Positions 8,898-18,102 of a stretch of 64,000 nucleotides of DNA are shown here, one piece after another. The first letter of the stretch is position 1, and each line of letters opens with the position of its first letter. The notes under the pieces were generated by a model. The model did not search any database. It saw nothing but the letters and a program-made list of their open reading frames with translations, and had not been told where the DNA came from. A program made the position numbers and the translations under genes. Source of the stretch: a virus (lineage: Duplodnaviria > Caudoviricetes); IMG/VR virus record IMGVR_UViG_3300021425_003554; one strand, 5' to 3'.

Positions 8898-9212
8898 ATG
8901 GCAAGCAAGAAAAAAGAGAAAAAAGAATCAGTAAAAAAAACAGCGACGGCTGAAACAACTACTGCTTCTGCAACTCCACAAACAGGACAACAACCTGGTA
9001 GTGATTTATCAATATCAGATCTCAAAAACATATCAACTATAATTGATGTGGCTTCTACAAGAGGCGCATTTAGAGCCAATGAGATGGCTACTGTGGGAGT
9101 TATGTTTAACAAGTTATCGGCCTTTTTGGCTAAAGTCGCACCCGAACAAAAACCTGATGTAAATCAACAGGTAGAACAAAATGCGACTGAATCCACAGGT
9201 GCAAAAAAATAG
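8898..9212 (+). CDS. phage hypothetical protein
   Basis: ORF track 8877-9212; ATG at 8898 follows AGGAG; core ISDLKNISTIIDVASTRGAF..NEM motif. Confidence 0.75.
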   Translation: MASKKKEKKESVKKTATAETTTASATPQTGQQPGSDLSISDLKNISTIIDVASTRGAFRANEMATVGVMFNKLSAFLAKVAPEQKPDVNQQVEQNATESTGAKK

Positions 9213-9221
9213 GAGAAACAA

Positions 9222-9740
9222 ATGGTACAACCAATGATGCCTTTAGATGTTAACGACACTGCAAAAACAGTAGAGGCCAATAGACGTAAGATCAAACATA
9301 TTGGAAAATTAAAAGACGGTGGTGCACCAGTAGCCATTGTGTTTAGAACTGTTCCTGGCGAACCTAAAAATTGTCTAGTCGTTGGAACAAAATTTCTAGA
9401 CACAAACTATCAGGATACATTCATGAAGGCCCTGGAAAGTTCCGAAGGACAAAATGCTTTCGAATTAGGACATCATTTAATGAAATCTAGATTTTCAGAC
9501 GGTGTTGAAATTTTACCATTTTTACATAGAAATAATTTTCTTAAAAAATTTTCAACTGATCAAATAATAGTTACATTTGGTTCGGGAAATTCAGACGAAA
9601 TTATTCTCTCTGATTTAAATGAACAAATTGCTAAACAAAAAGGTATCTCTGTAGACGAACTTTCATTATTAGATCAACCTAAAACTTCCGAAAAATCTAC
9701 AGATGAAACAAAAAAGAAAACAACAAAATCCAAGAAATAA
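9222..9740 (+). CDS. phage hypothetical protein
   Basis: GGAG SD upstream; 172 aa. Confidence 0.75.
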   Translation: MVQPMMPLDVNDTAKTVEANRRKIKHIGKLKDGGAPVAIVFRTVPGEPKNCLVVGTKFLDTNYQDTFMKALESSEGQNAFELGHHLMKSRFSDGVEILPFLHRNNFLKKFSTDQIIVTFGSGNSDEIILSDLNEQIAKQKGISVDELSLLDQPKTSEKSTDETKKKTTKSKK

Positions 9741-10062
9741 TCGTACTTGGGTTCAACTCACACAAGAATTTGTTAAGGAATGGCCCGAGGTATTAGACGG
9801 GCTATCCTTTACAAACTTGCCAATTCGTTACGTGAAATGGTGTGATATCATTTTAAGAAATAGAGTAACTATACACGTTGATGTACAGAAAGATTTAAAA
9901 ATTAAATCACAGACCCATGTTGCGAATGCTCTAAGAAAATATATAAACGACAATTATAACAACATACAAACTGTCGATTTAAAATTTGATGTTCCGAGAT
10001 TAAAACAAGATATGGAATCTAAAACATCAAAATTAATGAAAAAAACATTTAAAGAAAATTAA
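9703..10062 (+). CDS. hypothetical protein
   Basis: 119-aa ORF whose stop abuts the stop of the convergent minus-strand operon. Confidence 0.65.
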   Translation: MKQKRKQQNPRNNRTWVQLTQEFVKEWPEVLDGLSFTNLPIRYVKWCDIILRNRVTIHVDVQKDLKIKSQTHVANALRKYINDNYNNIQTVDLKFDVPRLKQDMESKTSKLMKKTFKEN

Positions 10063-11364
10063 TTAGTTGTATCTTTTTTTATAAAAGACATCAACATAGT
10101 CCCATTCATAACTCTTAAAAATAACATCAAAATTATAATTATGAGATTGTACAAATTGTAAGGCATCTTCTCTTGCGGCATTCACATATGAAGCACCCGG
10201 AACAATATCCAAGTCTGACCATTTTTTCAGTATAAAGTTATTCTCAACTGTTGGTTTTAGTTTTTTATTATAAAGCAACTTGACTATTTCGCGAAAAGCA
10301 GTTCTATAACATACTTGTGGATCGGTATAAAAAGTTGTCTCTGCACTCAATAAAGAAATATGGTCGTGCTTCTGTGATAGTGTAAAGTCCAGACCTTTGC
10401 CGTCATTTTCTAATGTAAGTTTTTTATTATAAAGTATGATTGCTTGATGTCCGTAAGTGTAATTGATCACAGGATTAAAACAATCAAAAATATAATGTCT
10501 TGGAGATTTCAATGTGTCTGGCACAAAATCAAAAGCAAAATCCTTGTTTACTTTTAGTTTGGCAAACACGGCATAGAAATATTCTGTTTCACTTGCTCGT
10601 GCGGCAGTTTGGTAGGCTTCCTTACGACCTTTGACTCCTTCGATTATGTGAAGTTTGTTTGGTTTTTTCTTTAGATGTTGTTTTAAAAACATCAAATTTT
10701 CTTGTGCCTGCGGTTCTCCGTTGTGTATATAACAAATATCAAAATTTAATTTTTCACTGGGATTATCCATCAACAATGTGGGAGAATATTCGTACAACTC
10801 TTCTTTCATATCAAATCTCGGTACCAATAAATTTAAACGATTCTTGTCCAACACATATAACTTTTGATCTTCCCAAAAACTTGGTATTATGCTATGCTGT
10901 TTTTTGAAATAATAATTTGCATATCTTGTTTTTTGATTTTTTATTTGTTCTGCCAAATTATCAAATGTAAATTTAAATGACGGCCATTCGTTGTATTCAA
11001 AATTGGTATCATGATAGTTTATATCCTTATAATCTCTCAAAAACTTTATATGATTCATTTGAGATTTAAATTCGTTAGTGGGCAACAACATTATATCTCC
11101 CTCTCTCTGTGATTGAGTATTCCATACATGAATTTGTTGTTGTTGGTGTTGATCGGGAATAAAATTAAAATCAAAATGTTGTAAATTTACAAGATCACTT
11201 GTTAACCAAAAAAAATCAGTTTTTACACCATCAACAAAACTTTTAAGGATGTCAAAGTAACTTCCTACAAACGGAGTCGAAAGAGCATAAGGAAATTTAT
11301 TGAATAAAAACTCCTTGTTTTTTTGATCTTTTTGAAAATCAACAATTACACAATCAAATGCCAT
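10063..11364 (-). CDS. glycosyltransferase-like protein (GT-A-like C-terminal domain, DxD replaced)
   Basis: DICYIHNGEPQAQEN...GVKGRKEAYQTAARASETEYFYAVFAK aligns with the 25163-26050 protein, which has DGD at the FAK position. Confidence 0.6.
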   Translation of the reverse strand: MAFDCVIVDFQKDQKNKEFLFNKFPYALSTPFVGSYFDILKSFVDGVKTDFFWLTSDLVNLQHFDFNFIPDQHQQQQIHVWNTQSQREGDIMLLPTNEFKSQMNHIKFLRDYKDINYHDTNFEYNEWPSFKFTFDNLAEQIKNQKTRYANYYFKKQHSIIPSFWEDQKLYVLDKNRLNLLVPRFDMKEELYEYSPTLLMDNPSEKLNFDICYIHNGEPQAQENLMFLKQHLKKKPNKLHIIEGVKGRKEAYQTAARASETEYFYAVFAKLKVNKDFAFDFVPDTLKSPRHYIFDCFNPVINYTYGHQAIILYNKKLTLENDGKGLDFTLSQKHDHISLLSAETTFYTDPQVCYRTAFREIVKLLYNKKLKPTVENNFILKKWSDLDIVPGASYVNAAREDALQFVQSHNYNFDVIFKSYEWDYVDVFYKKRYN

Positions 11365-12424
11365 TGAATTCTTTTATCCTTTTACAAATATAATCAATTT
11401 CACTATCGGTTAGGTATGGATAGATCGGTAAACTTAATGCACGTTTACAAATTTTTTCAGCATTTGGATAAGACGTAAGCCAACCGTGGTTCAAGGTTTT
11501 TGAATAGTGTATTTTTGTTTCTATCCCGTGCTCCTTGAGATACTTTTGTAAATCATCTCTTTTTTCATGTAGCAACACCAGTTTATGATAACTGCTTATA
11601 GTGTTATTTTTAGATTTTATAAATGATTCAGTAGGTAGATTTTTAAAATACCTTTTGGCCACTTTTTCTCTCATACTTTGCAATGAATCAAACTTATCTA
11701 ATAAAAAATTTAATTGTGCTGAATGATCTTCTGGAATCACACTGTTGTAACCATAATCCATGTTGTTGTGTAAGCCGTGTCTTCTTAAACTGATCAAGTT
11801 TTCGTATACCTGTAAAGAATCGGTTAGTATCATGCCGCCTGATCCAAAGCAAGGCATATTCTTCATAGGATCAAAACTAAAGATCGATATGTCACCCAGT
11901 GTTCCAGATGGAATTTTTTTAAACCAGTTTCCTAAATATGCCCCCTGTGACTGTGCGGCATCCTCTATGAGAAATATTTTATTATCTTCGCAATATTCTT
12001 TTAATCGATTGTAGTCCGCTACATTGCCATATAAATTTACGTAAAGTATGGCATTTGGTTTAGTCTGTAAATTTATACTACCAATATTTCCAATGTCGTC
12101 CACATCAACAAAACGTATTTTTGCACCTAACCTTTTGATTGCTCCCGCGGTGGCCACGTAACTTAATGCCGGACACACTATGGTCGACGACCTGTTTAGT
12201 CCCAGTGCCTTCATTGAAAAGTACAGTCCGTCTGTGGCTGATCCCACTCCGACCGCATATTTTCTTTTATATTTTTTGCAAATGTTATTTTCTAATTTTT
12301 TTAGTTCTGCACCTAACAACACATTTCCAGAGCTCCATACTTTTTTCGCTCTACGAGTCAGCCTCCACGAGTATGCATCATACAATCTGTCGACACCGTT
12401 AAATTTTATTTTGTAGCCACTCAT
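11354..12424 (-). CDS. DegT/DnrJ/EryC1/StrS NDP-sugar aminotransferase
   Basis: AVGVGSATDGL, PALSYVAT, LIEDAAQSQGA, FSFDPMKN (PLP Lys), C-terminal LSLPIYP. Confidence 0.9.
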   Translation of the reverse strand: MSGYKIKFNGVDRLYDAYSWRLTRRAKKVWSSGNVLLGAELKKLENNICKKYKRKYAVGVGSATDGLYFSMKALGLNRSSTIVCPALSYVATAGAIKRLGAKIRFVDVDDIGNIGSINLQTKPNAILYVNLYGNVADYNRLKEYCEDNKIFLIEDAAQSQGAYLGNWFKKIPSGTLGDISIFSFDPMKNMPCFGSGGMILTDSLQVYENLISLRRHGLHNNMDYGYNSVIPEDHSAQLNFLLDKFDSLQSMREKVAKRYFKNLPTESFIKSKNNTISSYHKLVLLHEKRDDLQKYLKEHGIETKIHYSKTLNHGWLTSYPNAEKICKRALSLPIYPYLTDSEIDYICKRIKEFNGI

Positions 12425-13343
12425 AATAGTATTCTAGTCCTTGATCAAAAGTTGTTTCTGGTTGATAATTCAATAATTTTTTGGCTCTGGATATATCCAA
12501 TGTTCCTCTACGAGGATAAAGTTTATGAGCACCTGTATCAACTATATCACTCTTACTGCCTGTGAGTTTTATAATCTTTTCTGCCGCCACACGTAATGAT
12601 GTGGCATTGCCCGCAGTAATATTGAAACTTTGATTGGCTTCGTCTGATAATGTTGCTTTTATGATACCTTCCGCTGTGTCATTGATATAAGTAAAATCTA
12701 CTTTGTTGTCACCATCGTGTACTTCTATTGTTTCGTTATTCATTGCTTTCTGGAAAAATTTACTTAATACCCTGTCTTCCATGTCTCCTGGACCATAGAC
12801 TCCGCTCGGTCTTACTATTGCATAATTTATTTTATGTTGAGCGTGATAATGTTTGACGAATCGTTCCGCAGTTAATTTAGATTCTCCATATAAATTGTTC
12901 GGTTTGGTATCTGCGTCTTCTTTGGTTCCATCGGAGAAGTGTCCGTATATCATTGACGAACTAACAAACACAAACTTTTTCACAGGCATATATTGGCAAT
13001 GAGAAAGAAGATTTACTGTTCCTCCTATAATATTTTGTACTCCCACCCACGGATTATTGTTTACTATTTTTGCTCTAGGATATGATGCTAGGTGTATCAC
13101 ATAATCTGGTCTATTTTTAAAAGCAGACAATACATCATCTTGTTTTGTTACATCTCCATTTTTACAATAAACCTTTTTCCAATTTCTCTGTCTCCAAGAA
13201 TATAATTTTTCGAGATCTTTTTCCGAAATCACTCCGTATGTTTCTTTATTATCCATTACTACAACACTATGGTTCATTTCAATTAATCTTTCAACAATCC
13301 TAGATCCTATAAAACCATAACCTCCTGTGACTAAAATTCTCAT
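12399..13343 (-). CDS. NAD-dependent NDP-sugar epimerase/dehydratase (extended SDR)
   Basis: VTGGYGFIGS, SSS, YGESK (YxxxK), GVYGPG, DFTYIND. Confidence 0.92.
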   Translation of the reverse strand: MRILVTGGYGFIGSRIVERLIEMNHSVVVMDNKETYGVISEKDLEKLYSWRQRNWKKVYCKNGDVTKQDDVLSAFKNRPDYVIHLASYPRAKIVNNNPWVGVQNIIGGTVNLLSHCQYMPVKKFVFVSSSMIYGHFSDGTKEDADTKPNNLYGESKLTAERFVKHYHAQHKINYAIVRPSGVYGPGDMEDRVLSKFFQKAMNNETIEVHDGDNKVDFTYINDTAEGIIKATLSDEANQSFNITAGNATSLRVAAEKIIKLTGSKSDIVDTGAHKLYPRRGTLDISRAKKLLNYQPETTFDQGLEYYYEWLQNKI

Positions 13344-14827
13344 AAAACTTTTACTCCATATTTGTTGGTAAATGCTTTACCATCATCTTTGTCATTTACT
13401 ATAGGTTGTCCTTTTATATTCAAACTGGTGTTAAGCAGTATAGGGCAACCTGTTTTCTTTTTCCATTGCGTAAGCAATTCATAAAACCCTGGATTGTCTG
13501 CTTTAGACACTGTTTGAACCCTACTCGTGTTATCGTAGTGTATTATGGCAGGAAAGTCTTTACCATGCGTACAAACCGCTGTGTGTTGCATATAAGGGGT
13601 GTTTTTAACACCTTTAGGTAGGGTAAAATACTCGTTCACATCCTCTTCTAATATGGCTGGTGCGAATGGTCTAAACTTCTGTCTTTTTTTAATACCATTT
13701 ACCAAATCCTTGATTTTTGATCCTCTAGGATCAGCAAGTAATGATCTATTACCAAGTGCTCTTGGTCCAAACTCCGCCCGACCATTAGCCACTCCCACCA
13801 TTTTATTTTCCAACAATTCCTTTATGAGAGCATCCACAGGATATTCTCCCTCTATGTTCGTGCCCAAAAATGGATGTTTCCAATTTAGGTGTCTGTGCAT
13901 CGAAGCGGCTATACAACCCAACGAACTACCCGCATCTCCGGGGTTGGGCATGATCCATGATTTATCGTATATTTTCTTGTTCATTAAGATTGCATTGGCC
14001 ACACAATTTAATGCCACGCCTCCACCATAACATAAATTACGACTTTCACCATATTTGCTCACAGCACGTTGTCCGTCTGGTATGTAAGTCGTACTCCATT
14101 GCCATATATGAGTGAGTGCTTCTTGTATGACTTTTTGAATGGATGCGGCAAGATCCATGGGATCCGCTTCCGGTAACCAATTTCCTATTCCTCTGTGTAA
14201 ATTTCTTTTTAATTCCAGGGTTCGATAATCTAACAATTCATTGTAGATATTATCTCGGTACTTTGGTGTTCCGTATGCTGACATTCCCATCAATATGTAT
14301 TCTTCCTCTGCGGGTTTCAATCCAACTCTTTGTGTAAAAGCAGAATATAAGATTCCCAGTGAATGAGGATATTCCATGCTTTCCAGTTTTTCTATTTCGT
14401 TGCCTTTGGCTTTCCATATAGTCATAGTTTCCCATTCTCCTATGGCATCCACACACAACACCATGGAATCTGTAAAGGGCGATGTGAAAAAACTTCCGGC
14501 CGCATGCGAATGATGATGATCTACATACTGGTCAATTTTGATTCCAAACTGTTTTAAATGTTCCGATGGCAGATTCTGTGTTGTAAAAACTTCCGACCAT
14601 TGTCCCGCTCTAATCTGTCGTTTCTTTTTTAACCATGGTTTTTCATAATACACCACTTTGTCAAAAGGACCATAACTCATTGCCTCGTTCACTATCCCCC
14701 AGTTCAGGTGATGATCATTTTTTATCTTGCTGTATCTCTCGCTATGTGCGGCCCATAGAATATCTCGGCCGTCAACCACAGCCATGGCGGCATCATGATT
14801 CATACAATTTATTCCTAATATTCTCAT
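13340..14827 (-). CDS. NodU/CmcH-family carbamoyltransferase
   Basis: HDAA, SERYSKIKND, HHHSHAA, DAIGE, GGVALN, PGDAGSSLG, EFGPRALGNRS, RPFAP, LNTSLN. Confidence 0.93.
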   Translation of the reverse strand: MRILGINCMNHDAAMAVVDGRDILWAAHSERYSKIKNDHHLNWGIVNEAMSYGPFDKVVYYEKPWLKKKRQIRAGQWSEVFTTQNLPSEHLKQFGIKIDQYVDHHHSHAAGSFFTSPFTDSMVLCVDAIGEWETMTIWKAKGNEIEKLESMEYPHSLGILYSAFTQRVGLKPAEEEYILMGMSAYGTPKYRDNIYNELLDYRTLELKRNLHRGIGNWLPEADPMDLAASIQKVIQEALTHIWQWSTTYIPDGQRAVSKYGESRNLCYGGGVALNCVANAILMNKKIYDKSWIMPNPGDAGSSLGCIAASMHRHLNWKHPFLGTNIEGEYPVDALIKELLENKMVGVANGRAEFGPRALGNRSLLADPRGSKIKDLVNGIKKRQKFRPFAPAILEEDVNEYFTLPKGVKNTPYMQHTAVCTHGKDFPAIIHYDNTSRVQTVSKADNPGFYELLTQWKKKTGCPILLNTSLNIKGQPIVNDKDDGKAFTNKYGVKVL

Positions 14828-15207
14828 AAAGATTCTATATATTTTTTTAATTCTTTATCCTGCACATCGGTAGGTATTTCATTTTTGTAAAATATCCTAT
14901 AACTATCACTGCCATATTTTCCTATTCCGTGTAGATCCGACGCATCTTCACCATCCCAGGTTAAAAATTGCTCGCTCATTTTTCTCAATCTTTCCGATCT
15001 CACACGCCACATTCCCAAAGGTTTTAATAATTTTTGCTGTGCTGATAATCTACCTTTGAGGTAACTTTTGGCATTCGGATATCGTTTGAATAATTCACTT
15101 AAAACACGTTTGGCTTGTTTTCTGTAAGTTTGATTGAGGCAGATAACACCCACCATGTGTTGCCATTTGTTTTTGACCTGCTGTTGTACCATTAGATCTT
15201 CTCTCAT
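14824..15207 (-). CDS. MBD4-like HhH-GPD DNA glycosylase (stand-alone catalytic domain)
   Basis: W..MV..ICLNQT, LLKPLG, HhH LHGIGKYGSDSYRIF and QDKELKKY parallel the MBD4 motifs LNRT, LLKPLG, LHGIGKYGNDSYRIF and EDHKLNKY. Confidence 0.78.
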   Translation of the reverse strand: MREDLMVQQQVKNKWQHMVGVICLNQTYRKQAKRVLSELFKRYPNAKSYLKGRLSAQQKLLKPLGMWRVRSERLRKMSEQFLTWDGEDASDLHGIGKYGSDSYRIFYKNEIPTDVQDKELKKYIESL

Positions 15208-15569
15208 ATCAGTTCTCCACGATCACGCATCTGTTGTCTTATATTTGTTGCGGATATCTTTTGAGTTTCTTCATCTAACACTATTTCTTCTATTTTGTAA
15301 CCCACACCCCTGCCATAACATATGTTTGTTATGTTGGGTACTAGTATCACTTTGAACTGCCCTTCAAACTCGGGATTGAGCCTTTCCTCAATATTTTTCT
15401 TAACAGTTTCAAAATCAAATGGATTGTCATCAACACCTTGTACATCTCTGACCATTATCAATACCTGCCCTGTTTTTTTGTGTATCTCCTGGAACAATTT
15501 ATAGTGCCCGTCATGGAACGGTTGCCATCTTCCTAGCATTTGTGCTGTTGGTTTTTTATTGTCCCACAT
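15204..15569 (-). CDS. HxGH nucleotidyltransferase (cytidylyltransferase/NadM-like)
   Basis: LGRWQPFHDGH motif and C-terminal ISATNIR. Confidence 0.8.
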   Translation of the reverse strand: MWDNKKPTAQMLGRWQPFHDGHYKLFQEIHKKTGQVLIMVRDVQGVDDNPFDFETVKKNIEERLNPEFEGQFKVILVPNITNICYGRGVGYKIEEIVLDEETQKISATNIRQQMRDRGELI

Positions 15570-15993
15570 TTTTCTTCTCCCATATTATATCTCGTATTTC
15601 CTGTGTTATCAAAAATGCCCAAGTCTCAGCATCTTTTGATGTACATCTAAAATCAAACGTTGTCGGTGGCTGAAAAAGTTTGTTGGTGTCCTCAAATCTA
15701 CCCTCTTTGATTGTGTCCATCCATATCAGATAATCTGCTTTGAATTGTGCTCTTGTTTCTTCAGTGGGGCAAACAAAATCAGCGATCACAACTCTGCCTT
15801 TGTCTAACGCCTCTTCGGCGTACGTCCACATCCTCAGTGCTTGTCTCTTTCTGCCTTCGTCTGAGAAATCCCAATCATTGCATTCTTCTCTTATCTTGTC
15901 AGCATTTAGCCATACAGCATTCAACCTTGGTGCTATCATTTTTGCCAATGTAGTTTTGCCCGATCCGGGTAGTCCCATTATCAATATTTTCAT
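15556..15993 (-). CDS. adenylylsulfate (APS) kinase-like P-loop kinase
   Basis: GLPGSGKTT, LNADKIR, DWDFSDEGRKRQ, ADFVCP. Confidence 0.75.
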   Translation of the reverse strand: MKILIMGLPGSGKTTLAKMIAPRLNAVWLNADKIREECNDWDFSDEGRKRQALRMWTYAEEALDKGRVVIADFVCPTEETRAQFKADYLIWMDTIKEGRFEDTNKLFQPPTTFDFRCTSKDAETWAFLITQEIRDIIWEKKNVGQ

Positions 15994-16553
15994 TTTAGTT
16001 TAAAAAACCCTTTCGCTCTTTCTAAATACTTGTTCCATTGTTCCAGTGTAATGTCATATTCAAAATTTTGTGTTGTGTCGTTGCGTTGTAATAGTTTTGC
16101 TCCGTTCTTTATATGAAACCTTTCGGCCATTTCTGTCAAAGGACTTAAAGTGACTAATCTTTCTATGTGTTGTTCTCTTTTAAATTTTTTAAAAATTTCG
16201 TTTAATATGTGTTTTCCGCCACCTTTCATTTTGGCCCAAACTGTATAAGCAACTGCTATTTTTCCCACTATGCCTGCCCGCAACACTGACGGACCGGCCG
16301 CATCACGACTCAACATATCTAGTTCTTCGACTGTTGTGGGGATTTCATTTGTGAATGCTATGCATATGATTGCCATGATATCACCATTTTTGTTTTTGAG
16401 TCCATAAATTTTTCTTCCGTAGATAGTACGAAATGTGAGAGACAATTCCGGTCTCACCGGATCCTCTGTTATATCTATATCATTCATTTCGATCAAACTA
16501 AATTTAGAATTCTTTCGAAAAATATTGTTTATTTTTTCTTTTAATTTTTCCAT
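15990..16553 (-). CDS. miniature malonyl-CoA decarboxylase-like (GNAT-fold) protein
   Basis: ICIAFTNEIP, AVAYTV, LVTLSP and RFHIKNGA parallel the MCD motifs VAL...I, AIFYSI, TLSP and RFHLxNGA. Confidence 0.55.
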   Translation of the reverse strand: MEKLKEKINNIFRKNSKFSLIEMNDIDITEDPVRPELSLTFRTIYGRKIYGLKNKNGDIMAIICIAFTNEIPTTVEELDMLSRDAAGPSVLRAGIVGKIAVAYTVWAKMKGGGKHILNEIFKKFKREQHIERLVTLSPLTEMAERFHIKNGAKLLQRNDTTQNFEYDITLEQWNKYLERAKGFFKLK

Positions 16554-17203
16554 TTTGTAAAAACTACTTCTTTTTTTCTTGATCTTCCAAATTCTTTATA
16601 TCCCACACTGTCTAAAAACTCTATTATTTGTTTTCCTTTTCTTCTTTGTGCTTCATTTTTATGTTCTATTTCCACGTTCAATACACAGTCATTATTTCGT
16701 AGTGTTTCTTCGCCGCCTAATAAGATGTCGTATTCACTACCTTGTGTATCAATCTTTATTAGATCAACATCGGTAAATTTAAAATCATCTAATTTTTTTA
16801 CTTGTAATTCAGATTTATCAACATTATCTTCAAATATTTGATCTCTAAAAAAACTATGTCCTCCTGATGTTGTAGGACTGATATAAAATTCTTTGACTTC
16901 TTCTTTACTACCTAAACCAACTTCATGTAAAGTGAAGTTTTTATAGGTTTTTAAATTTTCTTTAAGACATTTAATATTTGACGGATCCGGTTCAAAAATT
17001 ATCACTTCATTGAACTTATTACAAAAATCTTTGCTCCAAAATCCAATATTGCCACCTATATCAATTGCTTTTCGAAATTGTTTTACTCTGGCCAATGCAT
17101 ATTCTCGTTGAAGGCGTTGATACGTTGTTTCATTGTTGATACGCATCCATTCTTCATAATGAACATCATAGTCTGGCAAAAACCAATTGTGTACTGTTTT
17201 CAT
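16541..17203 (-). CDS. FkbM-family SAM methyltransferase
   Basis: AIDIGGNIG, IFEP, GLG, LIKIDTQGSE. Confidence 0.88.
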   Translation of the reverse strand: MKTVHNWFLPDYDVHYEEWMRINNETTYQRLQREYALARVKQFRKAIDIGGNIGFWSKDFCNKFNEVIIFEPDPSNIKCLKENLKTYKNFTLHEVGLGSKEEVKEFYISPTTSGGHSFFRDQIFEDNVDKSELQVKKLDDFKFTDVDLIKIDTQGSEYDILLGGEETLRNNDCVLNVEIEHKNEAQRRKGKQIIEFLDSVGYKEFGRSRKKEVVFTKWKN

Positions 17204-17204
17204 T

Positions 17205-17309
17205 TTACTTGTAAATAAAAGGGTCTTTTTTCTTTAATTCTTTTAGTCTTTTTCTATAAGCAATTTGTTGCTTTACTTTATCAATCAAAGACCTAATCCA
17301 TTTGATCAT
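17205..17309 (-). CDS. 34-aa basic microprotein absent from the ORF track
   Basis: hand translation MIKWIRSLIDKVKQQIAYRKRLKELKKKDPFIYK; AGGAG SD 7 nt upstream; TAA lies 1 nt before the FkbM ATG. Confidence 0.75.
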   Translation of the reverse strand: MIKWIRSLIDKVKQQIAYRKRLKELKKKDPFIYK

Positions 17310-18102
17310 TTTTTTCTCCTATTATTTTTTTAAATTCGGGTAACATTAACATTATAGCATCTTTATGTGCTTGGTCAAGCGGATGAGTTGATGCTCTCGG
17401 ATAGTCATTTAAAAGTGCCCATTGGTTAAATCCCATATGCCTGTCTCCAAAAGTGAACCATTTGGTAAAATCTATTTCTTTTAAAAGATTTTTTAATAAT
17501 TTGTCGTTTTGGTATAATAATTCAAATTCTTCCCAGAATAATGTGTTATCGGCGAGTGTAAACATAAATGGTATTTTCTTTTTTTCTAATATATTTTGTA
17601 ACCAAACGATGCTTTTCCAACTTAGATATGTTTCATGATAACGATTTGCCGCATTCTTATAAAGTGAATCGGCAAATGCTGTGACTTTCGCATCAGAAAA
17701 CTCTTTTCTTCTTTTTTTAAAATCTTGTATTACTGAATCATTACCTATCAAAGTTTTTAATACTTCTGCTTCGTTTTCTGTACAGTCCCAGGGGGTTATA
17801 GTGGCCCAACGAGTATCTTCTAATATGTTATGTCTAGGCATCGCCCAATCATAACGTGAAGGAAAAGTCCACATAACAGTCACAGCAACCTTTCTGTTAT
17901 CGTTGTCCGAAACTGCGTTGAACACCCTTCTGGCTATACCGGAGTTCCCTAACCCTCCTTTTGCCGAATTGACAAAATCCATGCCTGTTTGTTGTGACAA
18001 TAATGCCGCCCATGACATTTTTGAAGGATTGATACCATCGTCGTCAGATAATTCGTTACCAAATGTAAAACTACAACCACCTGCTACCAATACGTCACTC
18101 AT
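17293..18102 (-). CDS. SGNH/GDSL-hydrolase-like protein
   Basis: block I GGCSFTFG, block II GG.GNSGI, block V-like STHPLDQAH. Confidence 0.6.
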   Translation of the reverse strand: MSDVLVAGGCSFTFGNELSDDDGINPSKMSWAALLSQQTGMDFVNSAKGGLGNSGIARRVFNAVSDNDNRKVAVTVMWTFPSRYDWAMPRHNILEDTRWATITPWDCTENEAEVLKTLIGNDSVIQDFKKRRKEFSDAKVTAFADSLYKNAANRYHETYLSWKSIVWLQNILEKKKIPFMFTLADNTLFWEEFELLYQNDKLLKNLLKEIDFTKWFTFGDRHMGFNQWALLNDYPRASTHPLDQAHKDAIMLMLPEFKKIIGEKNDQMD

